Made by a program: the position numbers and the translations under genes
Virus record (IMG/VR): IMGVR_UViG_3300045243_000029
Span: 1 to 38,441 of that record
DNA from: a virus
Direction: 5' to 3' (one strand)
Length of the DNA: 38,441 nt
Shown: positions 7,159-15,334 of the stretch, one piece after another
Layout of the letters: each line of letters begins with the position of its first letter
Position numbering within the stretch: position 1 is the first letter of the stretch
The notes under the pieces: generated by a model
Database searches by the model: none
What the model saw: only the letters and a program-made list of their open reading frames with translations
What the model was told of the DNA's origin: nothing

Positions 7159-8235
7159 CTACGGCGCTACGTAGCCGTAGCAGACCTGCATAGCAGCGGC
7201 TTGGCCAGCCGTCGTACCGTTAACCATCGGGGCAAGGGCCTCAGCAGTAACGCCCGAAGTCGCGCGGGTAGTGGCGCTGGCGCCATCAATCCACAGGGTC
7301 AATGTAGTCCCATCGCTGGTAAGCGCGAAGTCATGGATACCGCCGTCATTGACAACGCTAGTGGCAGTATTGGAAGCGGCCAGCGATAGGCAGTAATGAG
7401 TCGCGTCAGTGTCGAATTGCGACATGACTCCTCCGTGCCTTGACGCAGCAGAATTGATAATGCCAATTTCAGCGAAAGATCCAGTAATGGTAACGGCCAG
7501 CTTGCCACGGAAAGCGATACCGAATTTACCGGTCTGGCAGTTTTGGAATACGGGGCCGCCAAAGGTGACGGCGCCGCTGGCGGGGTTACCGATTGCGCCG
7601 CCCTCGATAGCCGCCGCATTGGTAAAGGTGGACGCAACGGCCGCTCCTAGCCCGTACTGACCGCACTTGATATAGCCGAACCCGGTTAGTTGACTGACCT
7701 TACTGATCAGGAATGCCTTTTGCTGGTCAAACCAGGTATTGTCAACTGTGCTAACCGCTCCAGCGTCGGAGATTGCCGTAACGATCTTGTTAGCCGTCGT
7801 CATGGACTGGACGCCGTGTTTAACTACTCCGGCATCGTCCTTGACAGCCAAGTTCTTACTGGTACTGTCGACGTAAATAGCGCCCTTGCCAGACGCTGGA
7901 GTCGACGGGGCAGCGATTGCCGTAGCCGTTACCTTGCCGGCCATGGTAGCCGTGGTAGGAATATTCGCGACGGTAGCGGCAGCCGAACCTGGACCGGTAG
8001 CCGTTACGTCGCCGGTCAGGCCGGAAATGGAAGTAGCCGGGTTGGCCGAGATTAGCCAGCGGATGCCACCAATCTTGGCGTCCAGGACCGTCGTATGGTC
8101 GATAGCAGCCGAGCTGACCTCTAGCGTGAAGTTACTGGTCCCGATAACGGCAGTGCTGCCAGCGTCAAAGCCGGCCGCGCCAGGGGCCGCTTCACAGGCA
8201 GCGATAGAAGGGTAGTTTATGCTGACGATTGCCAT
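7159..8235 (-). CDS. Tail fibre protein with a LamG/concanavalin-like C-terminal domain (358 aa)
   Basis: Fibre-type GAIYVDSTSKNLAVKDDAGVV segment. The C-terminal FGIAFRGKL...LTLWIDGAS is laminin-G-like. Confidence 0.7.
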   Translation of the reverse strand: MAIVSINYPSIAACEAAPGAAGFDAGSTAVIGTSNFTLEVSSAAIDHTTVLDAKIGGIRWLISANPATSISGLTGDVTATGPGSAAATVANIPTTATMAGKVTATAIAAPSTPASGKGAIYVDSTSKNLAVKDDAGVVKHGVQSMTTANKIVTAISDAGAVSTVDNTWFDQQKAFLISKVSQLTGFGYIKCGQYGLGAAVASTFTNAAAIEGGAIGNPASGAVTFGGPVFQNCQTGKFGIAFRGKLAVTITGSFAEIGIINSAASRHGGVMSQFDTDATHYCLSLAASNTATSVVNDGGIHDFALTSDGTTLTLWIDGASATTRATSGVTAEALAPMVNGTTAGQAAAMQVCYGYVAP

Positions 8236-8236
8236 G

Positions 8237-8920
8237 TTAAGCCCAGTTCTGGTTCTTCCCGATAGCTAGCGGGTAGCCGCGACCGGAAGTAGAGGTAAAG
8301 GAAACGCGCAGAGCCCTGACAGTCAACTGTCCCTGGGCAAACTGTGATCGAGTAGCGCTAGGCGCGGCGATGACAGCAGCGATAGCGGGAGACGCATACA
8401 GGGCGGTAATGTCAGTCCAGTGACCAGCCGTAGGAGTCTGGCCGAAATTGCCGCCGCCACTGGCCAGGCTGACATCGTTGCTAATCTCGATTTTCCAAGA
8501 GCCGGCCAAGGTATCGTCAGACAGGGATACGGCCACGCCAGGGCCGAACGTCTCATTAACCAGGCCGGTCGTAGCCGTAGTCACATTCGTAGCGCTGACA
8601 CGGGTCAGGATAACAAAGGTCCCGTTATTCCCTGAGTTAGATGCGCCAGTAACCGTAAAGGACCCGCCGACGTCATCGGCGGTAAAGTTTCCGTTAACGA
8701 AATGCCACGTACCGGAGCTGGCCACGACCGAGTCAGCGGCGTTATGGACAATGGTCCTAACGTAAGGGTCCACGACAAGCTGCAATCCCGAGCTGGACAT
8801 CATCTTCATCGGGATAGCGCCGCCCGCCAAGGTGGCAGCGCCGGACAGCAAGTTAGCCGCGATAGGCTCTTGACCTCCTAGAAAGTAACAGTCTTTGCCT
8901 TCGCCGAAAATAAGGGACAT
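8237..8920 (-). CDS. Hypothetical virion protein (227 aa)
   Basis: Long ORF in the operon. AAGGA lies upstream of the ATG, and the 17-nt late motif sits immediately upstream. Confidence 0.7.
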   Translation of the reverse strand: MSLIFGEGKDCYFLGGQEPIAANLLSGAATLAGGAIPMKMMSSSGLQLVVDPYVRTIVHNAADSVVASSGTWHFVNGNFTADDVGGSFTVTGASNSGNNGTFVILTRVSATNVTTATTGLVNETFGPGVAVSLSDDTLAGSWKIEISNDVSLASGGGNFGQTPTAGHWTDITALYASPAIAAVIAAPSATRSQFAQGQLTVRALRVSFTSTSGRGYPLAIGKNQNWA

Positions 8921-8931
8921 GCGTATCCTTA

Positions 8932-8948
8932 GAAGTGGGTTTAGTTCG
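8932..8948 (-). promoter_or_regulatory. Late-arm motif copy 1 (minus-strand sense CGAACTAAACCCACTTC)
   Basis: Plus strand reads GAAGTGGGTTTAGTTCG, 12 nt upstream of start codon 8920. Confidence 0.6.
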
Positions 8949-8950
8949 AA

Positions 8951-9766
8951 CTACTGAATAGCGCCGTACTGTGCGCGCTGTGACGGGCTGGCGCTGGTCT
9001 GTCCAGGCGGCTCAGGCCCTTGCGGATTCTGTTTAGCCATGGCTGCTGCCTGGTTAGCCATGATATGCATAGACTGGGCACGGCGCAGCATATCAGGTGG
9101 CATTGGGCTACCCTCGAACCAGGCGGCCAAGCCCTTGTTAAGTATCCAATTAGGCCGGTAATCGGCCTTGACTGCTTTGTGGCTAATCCAGCACGTGGTT
9201 AGCGCGGTCGTAATCGCTTCGGCTACGGACGGGTAAATGGCTTTGACGGCTAGTGCCTGTTTCTTTAGGAGCTGCCCATTAGCGATAAGGCGAAAGACCG
9301 TAAGAGGTTCGTCGATGACCTGTAGAATGGAAAGAAACTTCCAAAACTTTAGATCACTAGGCGGCGCAGTTTCGGTGCCGCCAATGCCCTGCCAGGTCTG
9401 TACCGGCATCATCTTGAGGATTTCGGCCTGGAGCTGGTGCAGCAGGATATTGTAACTGATTCCGAGCCGCGTATACCCGGACGGGAACCGTTCCATACGG
9501 TCCGCGTGCTTGCCATGGTCCTGAATAGAACTAAGCTGTCTAAGACTGCGCCGGAAGTTGATAGGAGCGGGCGCGCGGCTGTCCAGCGACTGATTAAACG
9601 TGGCCTTAGCCTTCATCTCGATTGTGTCGGCCAGGACAGCAGCACGCTTGATCTCGTCAGTGCTAATGTCGGCCTTGCGCTCGCCAGTCAACAGGCCAAC
9701 ACCGGTAATGGTCAATAGGGCTTCGGCCGGGTCAAGCTGGGCGGGAGCATAGCCAAGCGCCGGCAT
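8951..9766 (-). CDS. Hypothetical virion protein (271 aa)
   Basis: Long ORF with a TAATG junction to the upstream gene. Confidence 0.7.
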   Translation of the reverse strand: MPALGYAPAQLDPAEALLTITGVGLLTGERKADISTDEIKRAAVLADTIEMKAKATFNQSLDSRAPAPINFRRSLRQLSSIQDHGKHADRMERFPSGYTRLGISYNILLHQLQAEILKMMPVQTWQGIGGTETAPPSDLKFWKFLSILQVIDEPLTVFRLIANGQLLKKQALAVKAIYPSVAEAITTALTTCWISHKAVKADYRPNWILNKGLAAWFEGSPMPPDMLRRAQSMHIMANQAAAMAKQNPQGPEPPGQTSASPSQRAQYGAIQ

Positions 9767-11412
9767 TACATCCCCTCAGTCAAGCTATGGGCATGCAGTC
9801 CGGCCAGCCGGGACATGATTTGCGGGCTACCATGAATCGCGTGTAGCAGCGCCTTGGCATGTACGTCACCGGCCGCCGCTCGAGCCGCAAGCTCGGCTAT
9901 CTTACTGTGCGCGTTAGCCAGGGTCTTAGTCGCGGACTGTCCCGCTCCGGCCAGACCAGAAGCCGCCTTAGCGCCTACAGCGCCGCCAACGGCCGCCCCG
10001 ATAGCGTGTCCGACACCGGGGATAGGAATAGCCCCGCCAGCCAAGGCGCCGATACCGGCCCCGATAAGCTGAGCTGCATGTCCCTTGCCGGAACTGTTCC
10101 CTGCATTCTCTTTCCAGAACCGCGATTCTACGGCGTCCTGGATATTGGCAAGTGCGGAGTATTCCCGATTATTGGCTGCCAGTTTTTCAACCGAGATTCC
10201 CGCGTCCGGGTGCCGCTCTGCCAGGGCTTCTAGGTCCGACATGAGGAAATCGCGCAGGTTCGTGCCAAGCTTCATCTTGGCAGCCTGAGCAGCTTTCATG
10301 TCCATAATAGTCCGGGTACCGTTCGTTCCTTCCTTCTGTAGGTGGCTGACCCAGGACCGGAAATCCTGGTACGGGATACGGACCTCGTCCAGGTTCTTGA
10401 ACATCTGCCCTACAAGGCCCAGCTTGTTAGCCGTGGCGTTGCTAGCTAGCTTCTGTTCAAGCTCCGGAGCCCATGCCTTTAGCGCGCTGCGCTTAGCGTC
10501 GGCCAAGGTCTCTACAAGCTTCTCGTTTTCAGGGTTCTTAGACAGCGTCGCGATTTCGTCGTCAACGTGGTTGATGAAGTTGTGCAGGCTTAGACCGCCC
10601 TCTACCTTGTCCGCTGCTTTGTAGACGGGGCCGAGCTTGGCGGCAACTTGGCTGGCCCGTTCCTCAACTACCGGTAGCACGTCCTTAGCCGACTCGCGCA
10701 TGATACGCTCTAGCGCGATCGGTTTCTTGCTGGTTTCGGATTCGAACGAAGTAGTAAGTGCCTTGTCAATGGCTTCCGGGTCACGGGCTAGCGCTTTCTT
10801 GATCGTAAGCGTTGCCGAGCCTTTCGTGCCCGACCCTTGCGCGACGTTAGCGGCCCGGTCAGCCATGGCCTTTTCAGGGGCAGACGCCAGTACAGAACTT
10901 AGCCCGTGCGCGGCGGCACCGATACCGGCCCCTAGGCCGAACCCTACAGCCGTGTCCTTGATTGCGCCGCCAATGTCCCGGTTAGGGCCGGTAAGTTCAG
11001 CGGTAGACCCACCAAGAGCAGCGGCGCCACCTTGCGCGCCAAGGGTTAGAGCAGTTTTAGCCAGTCCCGCCCCTTTGGCAATGCCCAGCCCAGGAACAAA
11101 AGCAGAAGCAATACCGCCACCGATCTCACCGCCGCCATATAGGAAAGGATGCGCGGCTTTGGCCTGTTCATTGGCTGCCCTCGACTCGTCCCGGGCTTGC
11201 TGGTAAGTCTTATCGCTGAACAGCGATTCAATGGCTCCGCTAATCTCGTCACTGTATCCGAGCGTAGCCCCTTGGATGACGCCACGACCTAGGCTAGCAA
11301 AGCCACCGGGCTGTTGTGGGGCTGGGGCGGTCTGGGGCTGGCCCGGGGCCTGAATAGACCCAGGGTCCGGCGCAAGCTGGATACTGCCATCGTCAGGAAC
11401 TAGATCGGGCAT
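9766..11412 (-). CDS. Internal virion / ejection-type protein candidate (548 aa)
   Basis: Gly/Ala-rich hydrophobic stretches near both ends (GGGIASAFVPGLGIAKGAGLA, IGAGIGALAGGAIPIPGVGHAIGAAVGG). TAATG junctions at both ends. Confidence 0.65.
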   Translation of the reverse strand: MPDLVPDDGSIQLAPDPGSIQAPGQPQTAPAPQQPGGFASLGRGVIQGATLGYSDEISGAIESLFSDKTYQQARDESRAANEQAKAAHPFLYGGGEIGGGIASAFVPGLGIAKGAGLAKTALTLGAQGGAAALGGSTAELTGPNRDIGGAIKDTAVGFGLGAGIGAAAHGLSSVLASAPEKAMADRAANVAQGSGTKGSATLTIKKALARDPEAIDKALTTSFESETSKKPIALERIMRESAKDVLPVVEERASQVAAKLGPVYKAADKVEGGLSLHNFINHVDDEIATLSKNPENEKLVETLADAKRSALKAWAPELEQKLASNATANKLGLVGQMFKNLDEVRIPYQDFRSWVSHLQKEGTNGTRTIMDMKAAQAAKMKLGTNLRDFLMSDLEALAERHPDAGISVEKLAANNREYSALANIQDAVESRFWKENAGNSSGKGHAAQLIGAGIGALAGGAIPIPGVGHAIGAAVGGAVGAKAASGLAGAGQSATKTLANAHSKIAELAARAAAGDVHAKALLHAIHGSPQIMSRLAGLHAHSLTEGM

Positions 11413-13142
11413 TACTTAGCCGCCTCCCACACTGAGCCGTTCCATACAATAGGCTTACCGCCAGAAGTGGCGCGGGTACCAACTGGGTATTGACTAGCCG
11501 GCGCTGTATGGGTCTGCGCGGCGCCGCCCTCACCATAGCGCGGTACCTCGCCTTGTGGCGTCCGTACCGTCTGGGTACCGAATAGCCCACCGAGCCGCCC
11601 CTCGACGTGCTTAGCCTGAGCAGAAGTAGAAGCAATGCCCCTACCTGTAGCCTGATACTTGTTTATGAGTCCCTGTCTAGCGGCGTCAATCTGCTTAACA
11701 GCATGTTCGTCGGACTGGTCTACTAGGTTAACGATAGCGGTCAGGGTCTGCTTAGACTTTTCAGTGCTGCCCAGTAGCCGGCTAATCTTCTCTCGGGTCT
11801 TAGACGGGTCAGACGTAAGGTCGTCCAGGAGCTGCATCTGTTGATGCGACGGAGCAGCGCCGGTATTGAATCGCGCAATCTGTTCCTTGACGGCAGCCAC
11901 AGCAGGAGCAATCTTGTCCGGGTCATTAGTGGCAATGGCTTCGCGCAGTCCGTTACCAAGCTCGCGGATACCCTGCTGCTTCATGATTAGGCCCGGGGCT
12001 CGAGCCGTGCCCATTAGACGGGATTCGTCCTTATCAAACTCTGCACTGATAGATTTAACGGCCTTTTCGTTAGCGGCTGCTTCCTTCTGCGCTACAGCAG
12101 CGATACGGGCCGTCTGGGCGTTGAACCCTTCAATGCCCAGCTTTCGCTTCTGTATCTGATTCTCATAGGCACGTTGCCTCGCAGCATCCTGCAAGTTAAC
12201 TGACGCTTGCTGTTGGGTCTGGGCCAGGACCTGAGCTTGTGCCTGGTCTACGCGGCCCTTGGCAGCGGCGGATACCTCAAGGACATGGTCAGCAACTGAC
12301 TGATGCAGCGCGGCCATCTGGAACTGTAGGTCATTTAGCTTCGACGCCCAGTTAGCTTTCTGTTCCTCGCCAAGCTGGTTACGGGCAGCGGCGTACTTGA
12401 ACAGGTTATCTATCTTTTCCTTCTGCTGAGTCGCATAGAGCCGAATCTGATTGTCAATTACGTCCTTGGCCGTATTCCCGACGTTCGCGCCCGTAGCAAA
12501 AGCGGTAAGGCCCCGCCCAGCTTCGCCCAGTGCCATGCTGATAGCGGCGGCAACGTGCCGGCCTGAACTGCCATCGTAAAAGTCCGGGATAGTCGTCTTA
12601 TGCGCTTCGTCATAGACCCGTTGCTGGTCCTCGTTAATCCGCTGCACATCCGCATCGCGCTGGGCTTGCAGAGCCTTGATCTTCTCCTGCTGAATCTGCA
12701 TCTGCGCGGCGCCGTGCTCGCGCGCCATGGCTTCGGCTGCTGACTGAGCGGCTAGGGCGTTGCCCTGTTCGGTCTCGGCGCCCTGGATAGCGTTAGACGC
12801 GGCCTGTTGCCGGGCTACTTCCTGGTCAAGTGCTGGTACTTTAATCCCGCCGCCGCCCGTCCCTGTAGCCACATTGGGCGTTTCCTGGACAGGAACCATA
12901 CCGTTGCTGACCGGTGCGACCGGAGCGCTAGTAGGTGCTTGCTGGGGAGGCGCCGGGACGGGCGGTGCGAGGCTTGGAGCGACTACCGGCGGCGGCTGAT
13001 AAGCAGCGGCCTGGGCGGCGGCGGTATCGGTAGCGGACTGGACTACGGGCCGCGCGTTAGGGTCGGTAGGGGCCAGTTGCGGCGCGAACGGGTCTAGGGG
13101 CAGCGGCGCATCGGGAATCCAGTTACCGTTCTGGTCGAGCAT
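11412..13142 (-). CDS. Internal virion protein candidate with a long coiled-coil region (576 aa)
   Basis: Pro/Ala-rich N-terminus, then heptad-like QMQIQQEKIKALQAQRDADVQRINEDQQR and further coiled-coil stretches. Confidence 0.65.
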   Translation of the reverse strand: MLDQNGNWIPDAPLPLDPFAPQLAPTDPNARPVVQSATDTAAAQAAAYQPPPVVAPSLAPPVPAPPQQAPTSAPVAPVSNGMVPVQETPNVATGTGGGGIKVPALDQEVARQQAASNAIQGAETEQGNALAAQSAAEAMAREHGAAQMQIQQEKIKALQAQRDADVQRINEDQQRVYDEAHKTTIPDFYDGSSGRHVAAAISMALGEAGRGLTAFATGANVGNTAKDVIDNQIRLYATQQKEKIDNLFKYAAARNQLGEEQKANWASKLNDLQFQMAALHQSVADHVLEVSAAAKGRVDQAQAQVLAQTQQQASVNLQDAARQRAYENQIQKRKLGIEGFNAQTARIAAVAQKEAAANEKAVKSISAEFDKDESRLMGTARAPGLIMKQQGIRELGNGLREAIATNDPDKIAPAVAAVKEQIARFNTGAAPSHQQMQLLDDLTSDPSKTREKISRLLGSTEKSKQTLTAIVNLVDQSDEHAVKQIDAARQGLINKYQATGRGIASTSAQAKHVEGRLGGLFGTQTVRTPQGEVPRYGEGGAAQTHTAPASQYPVGTRATSGGKPIVWNGSVWEAAK

Positions 13143-13145
13143 GGG

Positions 13146-13973
13146 CTAGTACTGCCCCGGCCCGCTATTACCTGCTCTCGGCGGGTTATACACGCCATTG
13201 CTGTAACTGGACTGGTACGGGTCCTGAGGCTGATCGCCAGCCGTCAAGGACGCGCCGTAGCCGGGCTGGGCAGCGCTGTAAGCGTTAGGGGTGGCGCCGC
13301 CATACCCCGCCTGCTGAGACGCAGCGTAGCCGGGCTGGGCAGCGCTGTAAGCGGCGCCGGCATTGCCAGCAGCGGTACCAACCGCACCGGCAGCAGGGCC
13401 GCCCAGGGCAGCAGCTCCAAGGGTCCCGGCCGTGGACAGGAGCGTGCCAGTAGCGGCCATTTGGGCGCGCTGGTTAGCCTGGGCAATGGACGTAGCCATG
13501 CCGGCATAGTTCTGGGCCCCGCCCAGGGCCGTACCGTACCCGCCCATGCTGCGCTGACCCATTGAACTGTACAGGCCCCCGAGTTGATTCTGAGCGGACT
13601 GGATCTCCTGGGCCCTAAGCACGGCCTGTTGCTGGTTCATCTGGGCGCCGGCCTGTCCCGCTTGCAGCATGGCGCCGTAATTGGCTAGCGCGGCGTTAGA
13701 GCCGGACGCGCCGGCTACTTGACTGGCCTGGTTACGGTTCTGCTGGTCAAGACCGGCGACAAGTTGGCGCTGGGCAACGCTGGGCGCGCCGGTCCCGGCA
13801 ATCTGATTTTGCAGCATCTGGCCGTAGCCGAGCTGCCGCTGATAGTCCTGCTGTTCTCGAGCGGCGTACTGCGCGGACTGCTGCTGCAACAGCGCTTCCT
13901 GTTGCTTGACGTTGGAGTCACTGATCGGGTCAGCGCCGAACAACCAGGACGCAAGTCCGTCAAACACACCCAT
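13146..13973 (-). CDS. Gln/Ala/Gly-rich low-complexity virion protein (275 aa)
   Basis: Long ORF with the late motif directly upstream of its ATG. Confidence 0.65.
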   Translation of the reverse strand: MGVFDGLASWLFGADPISDSNVKQQEALLQQQSAQYAAREQQDYQRQLGYGQMLQNQIAGTGAPSVAQRQLVAGLDQQNRNQASQVAGASGSNAALANYGAMLQAGQAGAQMNQQQAVLRAQEIQSAQNQLGGLYSSMGQRSMGGYGTALGGAQNYAGMATSIAQANQRAQMAATGTLLSTAGTLGAAALGGPAAGAVGTAAGNAGAAYSAAQPGYAASQQAGYGGATPNAYSAAQPGYGASLTAGDQPQDPYQSSYSNGVYNPPRAGNSGPGQY

Positions 13974-13979
13974 GCTTAT

Positions 13980-13996
13980 GAAGTGGGTTTAGTTCG
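13980..13996 (-). promoter_or_regulatory. Late-arm motif copy 2
   Basis: GAAGTGGGTTTAGTTCG on the plus strand, 6 nt upstream of start codon 13973. Confidence 0.6.
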
Positions 13997-14205
13997 GGCA
14001 AGGCGATAGCCCTGCTTAGAGTCACATTACAGTAACCCAAAGTCATACTACCATGAAGCATTTATTCAGCCTTCCCAGGCGCCCGTCTTACCGGGCCAGC
14101 GCTGATCTGGCCTATGTACCGTGGCCCCCCGGAGCGTTCTAGCGCGGTTCCTGCTATCTTACGGACCCGGCCAGGCTAGGGGAATTCATTGGCGGCGGCT
14201 ACTGT

Positions 14206-14222
14206 GAAGTGTGTTTAGTTCG
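14206..14222 (-). promoter_or_regulatory. Late-arm motif copy 3 (one mismatch)
   Basis: GAAGTGTGTTTAGTTCG on the plus strand, in the 300-nt intergenic gap. Confidence 0.5.
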
Positions 14223-14271
14223 GTGTCTATTAAGATAGACAATTGCCTTTGAAAGCAACTGTATGTTATCT

Positions 14272-14562
14272 TTAAACATTCCTAACCCCCATGTTACAGA
14301 ATCGGCACAACAACTGCCTATCTCGTCCTGTATAATGGAAGTGATCTCGAGCAAGTCTTTCCGGACCGGGCGCTAGTTCGCAAATAGCACAGCAACCGTC
14401 CTGCGCCCTAAGTCTGGTCTCATATTCCAGGTCTGTTAGTCGTCGCAGCTTAGACGGAAACTTGGTTTTTACCGTACGCGCCTTACGCCTAACTGGACCT
14501 GGGCGCATCCGATGCTTTAAACAACCACTGGGGACGGCCATGCATCTATTATACCATAGCAT
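14272..14562 (-). CDS. Endonuclease VII-like HNH protein (up to 96 aa)
   Basis: DGCCAICELAPGP...ARDHFHYTGRDRQLLCRFCNMG core. AT-richer than the flanks. The start is uncertain (M1, M8 or M19). Confidence 0.7.
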   Translation of the reverse strand: MLWYNRCMAVPSGCLKHRMRPGPVRRKARTVKTKFPSKLRRLTDLEYETRLRAQDGCCAICELAPGPERLARDHFHYTGRDRQLLCRFCNMGVRNV

Positions 14563-14656
14563 CGGGATGGCGCTTCATACACGAACCTGCCCTGTGTATC
14601 GCGAAAGTTCTTGTACTGTACAGGAACAGGGTAGTTTAGGCACAGGAGAAATTGCC

Positions 14657-15277
14657 ATGCTCGCCTACCACAACGACCCCGCAGTCAAAGCGAAGTACCT
14701 CCGTCGTGTACGCGCCCACGCCAAAGCTGACCGTATCATCCAGGGAACAGGCTGGGACAACGGCCGAGGCTGCGCCATTGGCTGTACGCTAGAGGCTTAC
14801 GACCATGCGCGGTACCCGATCGAGTTGGGAATCCCGGTGGGGTTGGCGCGGCTGGAAGATCAGATCTTCGAGCGACTGCCCGAGTCCGAGGCGATGAAGT
14901 GGCCAGCGGCGTTCCTGTCTGCGATTCCAGTGGGGGCGGACCTCACGCTGGTCTGGCCGCGGTTCGCACTGTGGCTGCTGCGGGGGGGTCCGGAGCGGTC
15001 GCTTGAGCTACCAGCCGTCAAGTCAGCGGTGGATGGCGTGGCCGCGCTGTTTGAGCGGTGGGTGAATACGGGCGATAAACCGCCAGTCGCGGACTGGCGG
15101 GCAGCACGATCCGCCTCCTCCTCCTCCTCCGCCTACGCCGCCGGCACCGACTACGACGCCTACGCCGCCTACGCCGTGGACGCCGCCTACGCCCATCGTA
15201 GCTTCTGGAATGCAGCAGCCAAGGAACTACTGCGGCTCTTGCGGGCGCCCTCACCCGAAGAGGGAGAGCGGACGTGA
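14657..15277 (+). CDS. Hypothetical protein (206 aa) on the opposite strand inside the structural operon
   Basis: AGGAG lies 8 nt upstream of ATG 14657. Sequence MLAYHNDPAVKAKYLRRVRAHAKADR..., with an SSSSS-AYAAGTDYDAYAAYAVDAAYA low-complexity stretch near the C-terminus. The longer listed ORF from 14462 overlaps the Endo VII gene. Confidence 0.7.
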   Translation: MLAYHNDPAVKAKYLRRVRAHAKADRIIQGTGWDNGRGCAIGCTLEAYDHARYPIELGIPVGLARLEDQIFERLPESEAMKWPAAFLSAIPVGADLTLVWPRFALWLLRGGPERSLELPAVKSAVDGVAALFERWVNTGDKPPVADWRAARSASSSSSAYAAGTDYDAYAAYAVDAAYAHRSFWNAAAKELLRLLRAPSPEEGERT

Positions 15278-15334
15278 CGCGATGTGCACCTATCTGGGAA
15301 ATGGGCAGGTTAGGTACGATGTCGAAATCACTAC

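Noticed and set aside
10637-11206. Several 60-190-aa plus-strand ORFs inside the late arm, for example 10637-11206, 24111-24602, 24242-24733 and 16163-16816.
   Set aside because: All lie antisense to much longer, tightly coupled minus-strand genes. They are Ala/Ser/Arg/Pro-rich and have no start context.
15018-15254. A poly-Arg 78-aa minus-strand ORF.
   Set aside because: It is the antisense reading of the Ser/Ala/Tyr-rich stretch near the C-terminus of the 14657-15277 gene. Its composition is implausible for a protein.
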